Source: Macrostomum hystrix (Eukaryota; Animalia; Platyhelminthes). From it: 64,000 nucleotides of DNA. The stretch's first letter is position 1. Every line of letters starts with the position of its first letter. The notes under the pieces were generated by a model. It ran no database searches. It was given only the letters and a program-made list of their open reading frames with translations, and was not told the DNA's origin. Positions 1 to 13,064 of this stretch are shown piece by piece. The position numbers and the translations under genes are program-made. Location of the stretch: assembly GCA_950097015.1 (NCBI GenBank), contig CATNEN010000029.1:7254001-7318000 (forward strand), written 5' to 3'.

Positions 1-133
1 TTCTTTTCAATGGTAATTACCTTGGCTTATTTTCTTTAGGTCATCCAAATGAGTAATTTTTATCTACTACTGGTATGGTCGATTCCTTGACCATATCTAT
101 GACCGGCTATCAGATTAGTCATTTTCTTATCGA

Positions 134-646
134 TAATCAGTCATCGGACAGTCTTTCCTTATCTATAATCAGTCATCGGACAGTCTTTCCTTATCTATAA
201 TCAGTCATCGGACAGTCTTTCCTTATCTATAATCAGTCATCGGACAGTCTTTCCTTATCTATAATCAGTCATCGGACAGTCTTTCCTTATCTATAATCAG
301 TCATCGGACAGTCTTTCCTTATCTATGATCAGTCATCGGACAGTCTTTCCTTATCTATGATCAGTCATCGGACAGTCTTTCCTTATCTATGATCAGTCAT
401 CGGACAGTCTTTCCTTATCTATGATCAGTCATCGGACAGTCTTTCCTTATCTATGATCAGTCATCGGACAGTCTTTCCTTATCTATGATCAGTCATCGGA
501 CAGTCTTTCCTTATCTATGATCAGTCATCGGACAGTCTTTCCTTATCTATGATCAGTCATCGGACAGTCTTTCCTTATCTATGATCAGTCATCGGACAGT
601 CTTTCCTTATCTATAATCAGTCATCGGACAGTCTTTCCTTATCTAT
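134..646. repeat. Minisatellite, 32-bp unit (TCAGTCATCGGACAGTCTTTCCTTATCTATGA), ~16 copies, intronic
   Basis: Direct tandem repetition; ends ~20 nt before the acceptor at 667-668. Confidence 0.95.
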
Positions 647-668
647 CGGCCTGAAACAAACACCACAG

Positions 669-1133
669 GGCGTGGCCTTCTGCGTGCGCCGGGCCCGGTT
701 GACTCCAGCGGAGTTCGAGGACCACGGCCCCTGCTCAGCCCTGCGCGGCGCTCGCTTCCTGAGCAGCCAGAGCGGCGTTGCCTGCGTGTACGACTCGAGC
801 CAGCCGCACCGCCTGGTGATCGAGCCGTTCTCCTACCGGCTGCCGCAGCCAGGCGGCCTCTCGCTGGACTTTCTCATCAACCTGACAGACGACAAGCTGG
901 TGAAGTGCTTCAGCCCGTGCCCCGGTCAGGAGAGGACCTTGGCCTACGCCAAGCAGCTGCGCGACACCCTGCGCTTCGTGCGCGATCATCGCGTCCCGCT
1001 TGTTGACGTATTCGGCCGTGGCGGCATCGTTGAGACTCTGCGGCCGTGGCAGGGGCCAATGCTGCGGCCAGAGGAGCCGAGTGCCAATGCACTCAAGTGC
1101 GCCACCGCGCTGCCAAAGGAGGCCACTGCCTGA
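669..1133 (+). CDS. NTAN1: Terminal coding exon of protein N-terminal asparagine amidohydrolase (N-end rule pathway)
   Basis: Acceptor caccacAG|GGC. The translation GVAFCVRRARLTPAEFEDHGPCSALRGAR..VYD..LVIEPFSY..DDKLVKCFSPCP..LRDTLRFV is collinear with the NTAN1 C-terminus as I recall it (GIAVNIKTAEIYRASFQDRGPEEQLRAAR..IYD..LRIGPYSW..DDKQILENLSTSP..IRSTLMFL). Upstream exons were not resolved. Confidence 0.8.
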   Translation, partial: GVAFCVRRARLTPAEFEDHGPCSALRGARFLSSQSGVACVYDSSQPHRLVIEPFSYRLPQPGGLSLDFLINLTDDKLVKCFSPCPGQERTLAYAKQLRDTLRFVRDHRVPLVDVFGRGGIVETLRPWQGPMLRPEEPSANALKCATALPKEATA

Positions 1134-1444
1134 TGATTCAATGCTCAACTTGAACAAATATTTACAATGAGCCAAAGCGTTTCTACTGAACATTTCTTAC
1201 GAATTTTAATAATCCTGATTGGTACCAGCACCCGTTTCTAGGGATAAGAAATCCATTTGATTTGTCGACTATTAGACTGTGTTGCAGTGGTTAAATAATC
1301 CGAATAACCCAGCTCGTAATATTGGTAATATTTGAGTGTTTTGTGGAGTCTTCAATCTTCAAGAAGTTAAAATTGGTATAATGTATTTAAAAAATCCCGC
1401 AAATCTTACTTCAATCCGATTTCGGGATTTGTGCTTGAAATAAG

Positions 1445-1728
1445 GAGGTTGCAAAGGTCGGACACACGACTCAAAGGTCAGGGGTTCGATTCCAGGCTCC
1501 ACTGGAACAATTTGCGTACTTTAGCAATACACTTAACTCTGTATTGCTGCATCAAACCTCAGCGTTAAATGGGTACCAGCATTAGCTGGGGTAGTAGAGG
1601 GTGAGTGTGGCGTCTCCCCAGTCCATGGACTGAACAGCCGTACGCAGCCTTTGATATGCCGCGCAATAGCTGCGGCTGTGCTGTCGGCTGCACATCTGGT
1701 CCGATTGGGGTAGGTGTAATCAATCATT
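1445..1728 (+). mobile_element. SINE family A copy (tRNA head + CORE-like domain + structured tail), diverged
   Basis: B-box GGTTCGATTCC, TTAGCAATACACTTAACTCT..AAATGGGTACC, and tail CAGTCCATGGACTG..GTGTAATCAA, all shared with the other copies. Confidence 0.85.
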
Positions 1729-2039
1729 AATTATTGCTAATCTAAACAAGAAAAAAAATGGTTTAGGCAACCAAAATTAAATACGATCGACTGCTGTCAA
1801 AAATGCAGTTTCATAATTGTTAATGGATCTTTGCTCGTACAAACGTCTGACAAATGAAAATGGCTAGTGAAAGGGTCATTTCTTCGTATACAGATACCCA
1901 AAATCTTGATTTGACAAAAAGCGGAGTTTTCTATGCGGAATTAGCGAATTAAAGATTTGATTAATTTATTTTAGGAAAGATTTTCAGCTTGAGATGTAGT
2001 GATTATTCGTCCATGAAAAGGGTTTGAGATGAATTTCGT

Positions 2040-2845
2040 CTGTTTGGGATTTCCTCTGAATGGGATTTCCTCTGAATAGGATTTCGTCTGTACGGGATTT
2101 CCTCTGATTTTGATTTCCTCTAAATGGGATTTCCTCTGATTGGGATTTCCTCTGAATGGAATATCGTCTGTTCGGGATTTCCTCTGAATGGGATTTCCTC
2201 TGATTAAGATTTCCTCTGAATGGGATTTCCTCTGAATGGGATATCCTCTGAATAGGATTTCGTCTGTACGGGATTTCCTCTTAATAGGATTTCCTCAAAA
2301 TGGGATTTTGTCTATTTAGGATTTACTCTAAATGGGATTTTGTCTGCTTTGGATTTCCTCTAAATGGGATTTCCTCTGATTGGGATGTCCTCTAAATGGG
2401 ATTTTGTCTATTTAGGATTTACTCTAAATGGGATTTTGTCTGCTTTGGATTTCCTCTAAATGGGATTTCCTCTGATTGGGATGTCCTCTAAATGGGATTT
2501 TGTCTATTTAGGATTTACTCTAAATGGGATTTTTTCTATTTAGGATTTACTCTAAATGGGATTTTGTCTGCTTTGGATTTCCACTAAATGGGATTTCCTC
2601 TGATTGGGATGTCCTCTAAATGGGATTTTGTCTATTTAGGATTTAATCTAAATGGGATTTTGTCTGCTTAGGATTTCCTCTAAATGGGATCTCCTCTGAT
2701 TGGGAGTTCCTTTGAATGGGATATCGTGTGTTCAGGATTTCCTCTGATTGGGATTTCCTCTGAATGGGAATTTCTACTGTTCAGGATTTCCTCTGATTTG
2801 GATTTCCTCTAAATGGCATTTCCTATGAATGGGATATCGTCTGCT
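2040..2845. repeat. Degenerate ~16-bp minisatellite (GGGATTTCCTCTGAAT)
   Basis: Tandem variants of GGGATTTCCTCT. Confidence 0.9.
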
Positions 2846-3589
2846 AGCTATTTCTTGGAATTTGTTCTTGAATTATTTAAATTGGAATTTCCATAAGCAT
2901 GAATTCACAGACTACTTATACCACCTTAGTAGTCTGTGATGTTTTTGTAGAATCAGGATTTGAAGTACCGTGGATGGCGGGTGGTTTGTCCATATTTCGG
3001 TTAAAATTAGTTTGACAACTTTTCTGCTTTGAATAAGGAAATTTATCAAGGAATATATTAGAAAATTACACGAGTTTATATCGGTCAATATTTTGGCGAT
3101 CTAGGCGACCCTGCAGATGCTTATCGGCAAATTAATCAAAATCGAAATTCCTGAACTCGGTTTTCCATGAACGACAGAAATAGATGAAGCCGAGGAAGGC
3201 AGCCTCATCTGATCGCAGCCTGCTGATCCCAGATCTCAAGCTTTCTATTCCGATAGAATAATTTTCTGATCGAATCGAATCACTGACCGCGCTTCGTCCG
3301 GTCATGCAACAGGGATATTGATCCCCCGTGGGCTCGGGGACTTCCTGGACGGACTCAAATCTAACTCCTAGATTGAGAGAACAGTGCGAGGAGAAAGCAA
3401 AACTACAGTCTGATGCACCTGCTTTAGACCTTTAGGAACTATCTATCCCATGTCTAATCTGTACCCTGTCTCATCTCTTCCCTGTCTCCTGTCTCCCTGT
3501 CTCATTTCTTTTCCTGTCCCATTTCTCCCGTGTCTTACGGCATCTGTTTCCTTTCTAATGTCATCCCTGTCTCACCTCTCTCTTGTCTC

Positions 3590-4285
3590 ATCTCTCCCCG
3601 ACTTATCTCTCCCCCGACTCATCTCTCCCCTGACTCATCTCTCCCCCGACTCATCTCTCCCCGACTTATCTCTCCCCTGACTCATCTCTCCCTGACTCAT
3701 CTCTCCCCGACTTATCTCTCCCTGACTTATCTCTCCCCGACTCATCTCTCCCCTGACTCATCTCTCCCCTGACTCATCTCTCCCCGACTTATCTCTCCCT
3801 GACTTATCTCTCCCCGACTCATCTCTCCCTGACTCATCTCTCCCCTGACTCATCTCTCCCCGACTTATCTCTCCCCTGACTCATCTCTCCCCTGACTTAT
3901 CTCTCCCCCGACTCATCTCTCCCCTGACTCATCTCTCCCCGACTTATCTCTCCCCTGACTCATCTCTCCCCTGACTTATCTCTCCTGACTTATCTCTCCC
4001 CGACTTATCTCTCCCCTGACTCATCTCTCCCCGACTTATCTCTCCCCCGACTCATCTCTCCCCTGACTCATCTCTCCCCTGACTCATCTCTCCCCGACTT
4101 ATCTGTCCCTGACTTATCTCTCCCCGACTCATCTCTCACCTGACTCATCTCTCCCCTGACTCATCTCTCCCCGACTTATCTCTCCCCTGACTCATCTCTC
4201 CCCTGACTTATCTCTCCCCGACTTATCTCTCCCCTGACTCATCTCTCCCCTGACTCATCTCTCCCCGACTTATCTCTCCCCGACT
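3590..4285. repeat. 16-17-bp minisatellite (GACTCATCTCTCCCCT / GACTTATCTCTCCCC)
   Basis: Direct tandem repetition. Confidence 0.95.
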
Positions 4286-5029
4286 TACCTCTCCCTCTCC
4301 TCTATCTCCTCTACTAATTCTCTTTGGCTTCCGTATGTCCCCTTTGGACCATAGACTAACTGTGAATAGTTCATAATTACACATGACTTTATTTCTATTA
4401 TTATATGCATTTTTGCACTTCTATAGCGAACAAACCAAAAAGCGTAATTCATTACTTTTATGACAGATAGAAGTGATGCAGAAAATGCAGAACTAAATAA
4501 TAGACAATGGGTGGTGCTAACAGAACAGGGAGGCATATGCGAGAATTTGCCAAGGCCAGTAGCTTAGCAGACTAATGCGAGAATGCATTTTAAAAAAAAC
4601 TAAAAAAAAAGTGTGCACTACAGAAGCAGACAATCGGGACACGTTTTTTTGGAGGTAAATGCAGGCAAAATAACAAACCGATTGGTTTCTCCTTTGTCAA
4701 ATGGAAATCTCGCATTTTATTTGTTACTACTCTCCTGTACTTCGATTTTAAGAGATTTTACAATAACCAAAATCACTTTCAAGTGTTGCATTCAAGGCTT
4801 ATCACAGAAAACAAATTGACCAATAAAAACGAAGAAGCTCAAACGCTCTGAAATGTTATTTTAAGAGAAATATTATAAAATCTAAGCAAAAAGGATAATA
4901 TGTTGTCAGACAGCAGGGTCATTGCAGCAGTTTAGAAATTGGATGACAGAAAGCTTATTGCTTGTTAGCGGCAAGAAAAAATTCTTGGATGAATAAATGA
5001 ATGCGATGTGACTGCAATAAGAGATCTGT

Positions 5030-5675
5030 AGCTGAGGTGTTGGATCGGTAGCTGAGGTGTGGGATCTGTAGCTGAGGTGTGGGATCTGTAGCTGTGGTGT
5101 GGGATCTGTAGCTCAGTATCTGAGGTGTGGGATCTGTAGCCCAGTATCTGAGGTGTGGGATCTGTAGCTCAGTATCTGAGGTGTGGGATCTGTAGCCCAG
5201 TATCTGAGGTGTGGGATCTGTAGCCCAGTATCTGAGGTGTGGGATCTGTAGCCCAGTATCTGAGGTGTGGGATCTGTAGCTCAGTATCTGAGGTGTGGGA
5301 TCTGTAGCCCAGTATCTGAGGTGTGGGATCTGTAGCCCAGTATCTGAGGTGTGGGATCTGTAACCCAGTATCTGAGGTGTGGGATCTGTAGCCCAGTATC
5401 TGAGGTGTGGGATCTGTAGCTCAGTATCTGAGGTGTGGGATCTGTAGCCCAGTATCTGAGGTGTGGGATCTGTAGCTCAGTATCTGAGGTGTGGGATCTG
5501 TAGCTCAGTATCTGAGGTGTGGGATCTGTAGCTCAGTATCTGAGGTGTGGGATCTGTAGCTCAGTATCTGAGGTGTGGGATCTGTAGCTCAGTATCTGAG
5601 GTGTGGGATCTGTAGCTCAGTATCTGAGGTGTGGGATCTGTAGCTCAGTATCTGAGGTGTGGGATCTGTAGCTGA
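5030..5675. repeat. 28-bp minisatellite (GTAGCTCAGTATCTGAGGTGTGGGATCT)
   Basis: Direct tandem repetition. Confidence 0.95.
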
Positions 5676-5926
5676 TTGGCTAGGATGTGGTGGCTATCGA
5701 TCGGAATCATTAAAAAAGCAATTTCAAGATCTTTACATCTCCCACTTAAAACTAATTTCCACTCTTTACAAAGAAACAGTCACCCAGATGGCTCAGACAG
5801 AGTAGGTGACTGGAGAGAATGGCAAGAGAATAGAAATCAGCGCGTCAATTTGACAGTACAAGATAGCAGTTCTGTTGGGCAGTCAGTGTGGGCAAGTGAC
5901 AGCGGGGCCTTCTGATCTTCGCAGTC

Positions 5927-7529
5927 TCAGTCAGTCCACGCCGATGACTGAGTGCCATTCTCTGACAGTTGAAGCGGCGGCTGCTGCGGCTGCTTCGGTG
6001 GGCCCTTATCTCTGAGCTGTGCTTTTCGAACTGAAAATGCAAATAGTTCGTTAAAAATAAGTCGTTAAAAATAACTCGTTAAAATAGTTCGTTAAAAATA
6101 ATTCGTTAAAAATAATTCGTAAAAATAAGCCGGTAACAACTGATTACTTCAGTTGACGTCATAAAAAATAAAAAAATTGGATTCGGAGGATTTTAGCCGA
6201 GTGGAGGTGTAGCCCTGTGGTCAGAGCGGCGGACTCACGACTTGAAGATCGGGGGTTCGATCCCCAACTCCACTAGAATAATTTGCGTCCTTTAGCAAGA
6301 CACTTAACTCTGCATTGCTTCAGTTCACCCAGCTGTTAAATGGGTACCAACATTAGCTGGGGTAATTGTGGGTGGGTGTGGCGTCCCCCCAGTCCATGGA
6401 CTGAACAGCTGTACGCAGCCTTCAGATGCGCCGCGCATTAGCTGCGGCTGTGCTGTCGGCTGCACATCTGGCCCAATTGGGGCAGGTGTAATCAACTACA
6501 AAAAATTCTAATGTATAGTTAAATCCACAGTACTTCAATTGGCCAATCAAATGGTAAAGATCTTTACTGTACATTCTACATCCCCGTAGGGGCGGTGCAC
6601 TTTTTTTCGCATTCCCGAGCACGTTTTAGCACTATGTTTAGGATTTGATTGACGTGTGCGTGCTCCAATATCTATGGCTATATAATCAGGGTTGGTGGCA
6701 ATTAGTTGCTAAGGACAGTTCGCTCCACTGTTCGCTGGCTTACTTGTTCGAATTGTATCGAGAAAGTTGTTGTCTTTCTTGGCTTAGTTAAATATTCTAG
6801 TGTCTTTGCCTACTTCTCTGTTCACTTAATCAGAGAAGTGTTCAGAGAAATATTTGTGTACTTCTGTCTACTGTGTACATATTTTTCTACTTCTTTTTTC
6901 TACAGAGATCTACTTCTCTGTGTACTTCTCTGTCTACTAATCTGTTTGATTATTCAGATAAGTATTTGTCTCTTTCTGCCTGCTGTCTACATATTTATAT
7001 ACTCCTATCTACTTCTGTCTACTTCTCTGTCTACTTCTTACACTTATTTGTCTACTTCTTTGTCTACTTCTCTGTCTACTTCTTAGCCTAATTCCTCTAC
7101 TAAATATCGTTGGATGTTGGACGCTGGGCCCACTGAAAATGGACAGGCAGCGGACTTACCGAGGTCGTCGATGTGGTCAGACATGGACAGAGTGACACCA
7201 ACCAGAATGACGCACATGGCCAGCAGGACGAAGGCGACGGCCATGACAACTCTGGCGATTCGCTTCTGCTTAGCAGTCGGCGGGCTGTCCTCGGAGTCTA
7301 TGACAACGGTTGGCGGGTCCGGCGCCAGCAGGTCGTCACCCTCGGCGCCGTCCTGACCCTTGCCGCCATTCAGCAGTTCCAGCGGTGAAATCGGCGCCAG
7401 CTCCACGCCGAGGTTCAGGCTAGTCTCTCGGTCCGTGTTGTGCGAGGTCTCGTCGCCATCGCTGCGACCAACTCGCCGGCCTCCTCCGTCGTCATCGAAG
7501 CCGGCTTCGCTGATTCTGCTGGGCTCCAT
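5927..7529 (-). CDS. Uncharacterised single-pass membrane protein, ~157 aa; exons complement(7160..7529, 5927..6030)
   Basis: ATG lies 4 nt after acceptor ccccgcAG. The acidic N-terminus is followed by a basic patch KQKR and the hydrophobic helix IARVVMAVAFVLLAMCVILVGVTLSM. The phase-1 donor G|GTAAGT matches the phase-1 acceptor ttttcAG|TT, giving SDHIDDLVRKAQ...AWTD*. Confidence 0.75.
6203..6497 (+). mobile_element. SINE family A, full length, antisense inside the intron of the membrane-protein gene
   Basis: A-box TAGCCCTGTGG, B-box GGTTCGATCCC, CORE-like segment and shared tail. Confidence 0.9.
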
Positions 7530-8060
7530 TGATCTGCGGGGTGAGTTTTAGTTCCGCCAAGGTGAACTACAGATAAGGCGTCTACAGATAAGAGAGCCGA
7601 GTTGGACTGAATCGCTGCTTAACAAAACCAAGAAAAGCCATGGGGAGTTGTGTAACTCGGGGAGGGTGCTTAAGAAGCAGACGGAGGCATCAGCAGATTG
7701 GCTGGGAGTTCCTAAACTCCCATTATTCCCATCCTCCTGCTCCCCACTCCCACTTGTCTTCCTGCGTCCCACGGTCCAACAGACATGCGCCGGAATGGGT
7801 GCAACTTCTGGGGCGCAACCGCAGGATGGGACGCGACAGTTCTTCAAACTGCTCTGATCAATATCTGCTTTTCAGGCTGACTGGCGTGCGCCCTGCTGTA
7901 TCGTTTCGCTACAGCTAGTGTTTCTGTCAGCCCATCTGGTGTAAGCTCGGATAATAGCCCACGCCTTGTGAAGCTTAAGTTGAGCCCGCAGAACACCTTT
8001 CTATGCAGCAGCACTTACACATACGTAACCAGGGCAATAGTGCATACTGCTATCAGCTGA

Positions 8061-9062
<1,002 letters not shown>

Positions 9063-9599
9063 TAAACTTTGACCCGCGAGGAATATAAGTTTTCTGTATG
9101 AAAGACTTCCACCCATCTTAGCTGCTCTATGACTGCACGCATGAGGTTATGAGGGTCAACGAGCTGCAGCTTCATGAGGATCTGGGATATTTGATTACTG
9201 ATCAAAGTTGCCTCCCTAGAGATTAGGGAATTGAATATGGAAGGATTAAGATTTTGGCTGTAGATATGAGAAGCGAAGCAGTGGGCATTTTATTAAGCCT
9301 AGCAGCAATCAGGTTTGAAGCAGTTTGCGAAACAGAAAATACGAGTAAATGAACACTCATAATTTTCAAAGTGAGCTAGCTCTCTTCCCAGAGGGACGGA
9401 GTGTCAGCTCTGCAGACTCTGTGGCTACTAATGAAAATGGACGGAATACTTGGGCGCGGTGTTGACATGGATTGGAGAAAACGCATATGAAGAAAATGAA
9501 TCTAGAAAAGTAATAAAGGAAACTGAATATCGGAAACGGAGTGCGGGAGATAAGGAGAGGGAGATAAAGAGAGGGAGACAATGAGAGGAAGATATGGAG

Positions 9600-9900
9600 A
9601 GGGAGACAAGGAGAGGGGGATAATGAGGCGGAGATAAGGAGAGGGAGATAAGGAGAGGGAGATAAGGAGAGGGAGATAAGGAGAGGGAGATAAGGAGAGG
9701 GAGATAAGGAGAGGGAGATAAGGAGAGGGAGATAAGGAGAGGGAGATAAGGAGAGGGAGATAAGGAGAGGGAGATAAGGAGAGGGAGATAAGGAGAGGGA
9801 GATAAGGAGAGGGAGATAAGGAGAGGGAGATAAGGAGAGGGAGATAAGTAGAGGGAGATAAGGAGAGGGAGATAAGGAGAGGGAGATAAGGAGAGGGGGA
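9600..9900. repeat. 14-bp minisatellite (GAGATAAGGAGAGG)
   Basis: Tandem repetition. Confidence 0.95.
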
Positions 9901-10669
9901 AAGGAGAGGGGGGAAAGGAAAGGGATATTAAGATAGGGGGATAAGGAGAGGGGTACAAGGGAGAGATCGGAGGTCGAAGGAAAATAAGCGGAGAATCAAA
10001 AGTAGCGAAGGCATGGGTGGATCTACATGACTTATGGTAGAAGCTCCGGTGTGAGAGAAAGTTGCGAATAAGAGGCACAAAATGCTGACTAGGACGGTCA
10101 AAACTAGGATCGCATTCGCTATTCTACTTCCAATCGAGGCTGGAACCGATGCACCGTCCCAGAAGGCAACAGCGAACGAGGAAAATTAGATTGGCAGAGG
10201 ATGGTCTAGCAGCAGCAGCAGCAGCAAGAGCAGCAGAATATGAAAGCATAATTAGCCGCATTGAATGGCATTCACGCTCATCCGACAGTCTCATCCTCTG
10301 CAGCCCCAGGGCGTCCGGAGTCCACTCCGCTTAGTGCCTCACGGTGTCTCATGCCCTTCCTCCTCCTGTCATCCTAGACACTGGGGATCGGCATTTCATT
10401 CTGGCGAAGGGAGAAAAATGCCCAGGGGAAAATTTTGGATAAAAGAGACATCGATGGAGAGTCTGGCTGTGACGGCTGCCGCACTTTGAATCTAGAACTC
10501 GGAAAGTTGGATGAGATGAAAGTTTCACACTCCGCTGGGATATCAGTGTGAATTAGTTCAAACTGTAATTGACAATTTATCTCACCAATCAGTTTGGCAG
10601 TTGACTTAAGAGTGTACAGCCCGTCATGTGGACTTGAACGGCAAGAAAGTTTTGGGGATTGTCACCAGT

Positions 10670-11535
10670 TGGAATGTGTGGGATCATTTTAGATGGGATT
10701 TCCTATTGTTGGAATGTGTGGGATCATTTTAGATGGGATTTCCTACTGTTGGAATGTGCGGGATCATTTTAGATAGGATCTTAAACTGTTGGAATGTGCG
10801 GGATCATTTTAGATAGGATCTTAAACTGATGGAATGTGTGGATCATTTTAGATGGGATTTCCTACTGTTGGAATGTGTGGGATCATTTTAGATAGGATCT
10901 TAAACTGTTGGAATGTGCGGGATCATTTTAGATAGGATCTTAAACTGTTGGAATGTGTGGGATCATTTTAGATGGGATTTCCTACTGTTGGAATGTGCGG
11001 GATCATTTTAGATGGGATTTCCTACTGTTGGAATTTAGGGATCATTTTAGATGGGATTTCCTATTGTTGGAATGTGTGGGATCATTTTAGATGGGATTTC
11101 CTACTGTTGGAATGTGTGGGATCATTTCAGATGGGATTTTCAACTTTTGGAATGTGTGGGATCGTTTCAGATGGGATTTCCTACTGTTGGAATGTGTGGG
11201 ATCATTTCAGATGGGATTTTCAACTTTTGGAATGTGTGGGATCATTTCAGATGGGATTTTCAACTTTTGGAATGTGTGGGATCATTTCAGATGGGATTTT
11301 CTACCGTTGGAATGTGCGGGATCATTTTAGATAGGATCTTAAACTGTTGGAATGTGTGGGATCATTTTAGATGGGATTTCCTACTGTTGGAGTGTGCGGG
11401 ATCATTTTAGATGGGATTTCCTACTGTTGGAATGTGTGGGATCATTTTAGATTGGATTTCCTACTGTTGGAATGTGTGGGATCATTTTAGATGGGATCTT
11501 CAACCGTTGGAATGTGTGGGATCATTTTAGATGCG
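10670..11535. repeat. 40-bp minisatellite (TGTTGGAATGTGTGGGATCATTTTAGATGGGATTTCCTAC)
   Basis: Tandem repetition with variants. Confidence 0.95.
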
Positions 11536-11866
11536 ATTTCCGAATTCAGGAAATTATCTAGAATGCACTGCAGAAGCTATTTAGATACTTAGTATGCTCT
11601 TGGGCATAATGACTATGCCCGAACTTAATTTGAGGCGGCACATTTGTCAAGTTTGAAATTCGGTAAGGTTCATCAAACTTATCTGACTCATTTATTTGAC
11701 GTTTAGATTGAATTTGGACTTCCTGCTCCTGGATTTTAGATGGGCGGCACTGACTTACTACTAAAATACAAAACAAATTTGCATCAGAAAGCAAGCACGG
11801 AGTGATTTTGATAAATGATTTGTATATATTTAGCCCAAAATCTAATTATTTTGTTTTTTTTTAATC

Positions 11867-12205
11867 GCAGTGGTTGTAGCCTTGGTTAGGCTACAGGTTT
11901 TACAGCTACAGGTTTTACAGCTACAGGTTTTACAGCTACAGGTTTTACAGCTACAGGTGGTTAGAGCGTCAGTCTCAAGATTTCTAGTCACTGCTTCGTG
12001 TCCACTGGCACAATTTGTGTCCTTTAGCAAGACACTTAAGCTCTGCGTTGCTTCAGTTCGCACAGTTGTTAAATTGTAATTGAGTGTGGGCGTGCGTGCC
12101 CCCCAGTCCATGGACCGTACGCAGCCTTTCAGATGCGGCGCGCAATAGATGCGGCTGGGCTGTCGGATGCACATCTGACCCAATCAGGGCAAGTGTAATC
12201 AATTA
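11867..12205 (+). mobile_element. SINE family A, degenerate, with a 15-bp tandem insertion in the tRNA head
   Basis: GGTTGTAGCC head, TTTGTGTCCTTTAGCAAGACACTTAA, and tail ending GTGTAATCAATTA; carries the insert (GCTACAGGTTTTACA)x4. Confidence 0.85.
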
Positions 12206-12644
12206 TAACAAATCAATCAATTAATTATAATAAATTATTATCAATTAATTATCAAATAAATTAACGTAATTTTACAATCACTTACTAATCAAGTGTAAGT
12301 GAATAAACGAAAAATAGAATGAAGATCAATTTTATTCATGAATGAAGCTTTCTAAAACTTGCTGAAGCAACATGTTTCGCAATATATATTAAAAGATCTT
12401 CCAATAAAGAGTTATCAACATTTTAATGTGAAAAACATGAAATTTTTCCATCTTGCTAGTGCATTCTTCTGTGAAAGTCAGCCTCTAATTTTTTTTCCAA
12501 GAAACGAAGTGTCCCGGACCCTTCTTATTCTAGTGGTCATTGATAAAAATAGGAATCTAAAACTCCCATATTCTTAGTCTATGGCCGAATCTAAGTGAAA
12601 CTCTAAGAGCCGGAAAAATTCAATAACCATCTGATACTATGTAT

Positions 12645-13064
12645 AATAATATAATAATAATATAATAATATAATAATAATAATATTATTAATATTATTAT
12701 TATATATATATAATAATTGCAGGAGGGCTGCGGGCAGTGGCACATCATTTGGTGACACTAGACCCGCAGCCAGCGAGGGGGCAATTTTGTACATTTCGCT
12801 GACTCCTGAGCACACACGCACACATATACTGTACGCAAGCATACGCTCACACAGGTGTGTACATCTGCCCTGACTTTCTCATCGTCAGGCAGTGTACATT
12901 TAACTGTGCCTTGGAGGTTGGCCCTCAAGGGCGTAAATTGCACGACAAGCCCACAAGCCTTCTCTCCGCGGCTGCGCCCCAAATAAATGTGGCCTCGCCG
13001 TGGAATCGAATATAGGGGCCTTGGTGCGAGAGCCAAACGCGATAACCGCTCTGCCACCGACCCC
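12645..13064 (-). mobile_element. SINE family B, full length, (ATT)n tail
   Basis: The reverse strand begins GGGGTCGGTGGCAGAGCGG (A-box)..ATTCGATTCC (B-box-like). It is near-identical to 31712-32062 and ends in an (ATT)n microsatellite. Confidence 0.85.

Noticed and set aside
40-72. 33-nt candidate NTAN1 micro-exon (AG..GT, VIQMSNFYLLL)
   Set aside because: It is frame-compatible, but the peptide does not resemble the expected upstream NTAN1 sequence, so it is unresolved.
2040-2845. Array of NF-kB-like GGGATTTCC sites
   Set aside because: The 10-bp consensus is not fully matched, and multiplicity follows trivially from tandem amplification; there is no functional evidence.
9100-10100. Possible degraded LINE fragments (LIRNFLSHRSF near 10050; similar hints at 3250-3350 and 24950-25600 such as MRIGSW and DGIAP)
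   Set aside because: The motifs are short, frameshifted and not in collinear order, and cannot be supported without a profile search.
11558-11770. Possible minus-strand exon (SQCRPSKIQEQEV...SAF*) with a plausible acceptor
   Set aside because: No recognisable homology and no partner exon identified.
12860-12905. Hammerhead-like CTGACGA..GAAA in SINE B (minus strand)
   Set aside because: There is no stem II or suitably placed cleavage triplet, the motif is not conserved in the 31712 copy, and a simple hairpin explains it.
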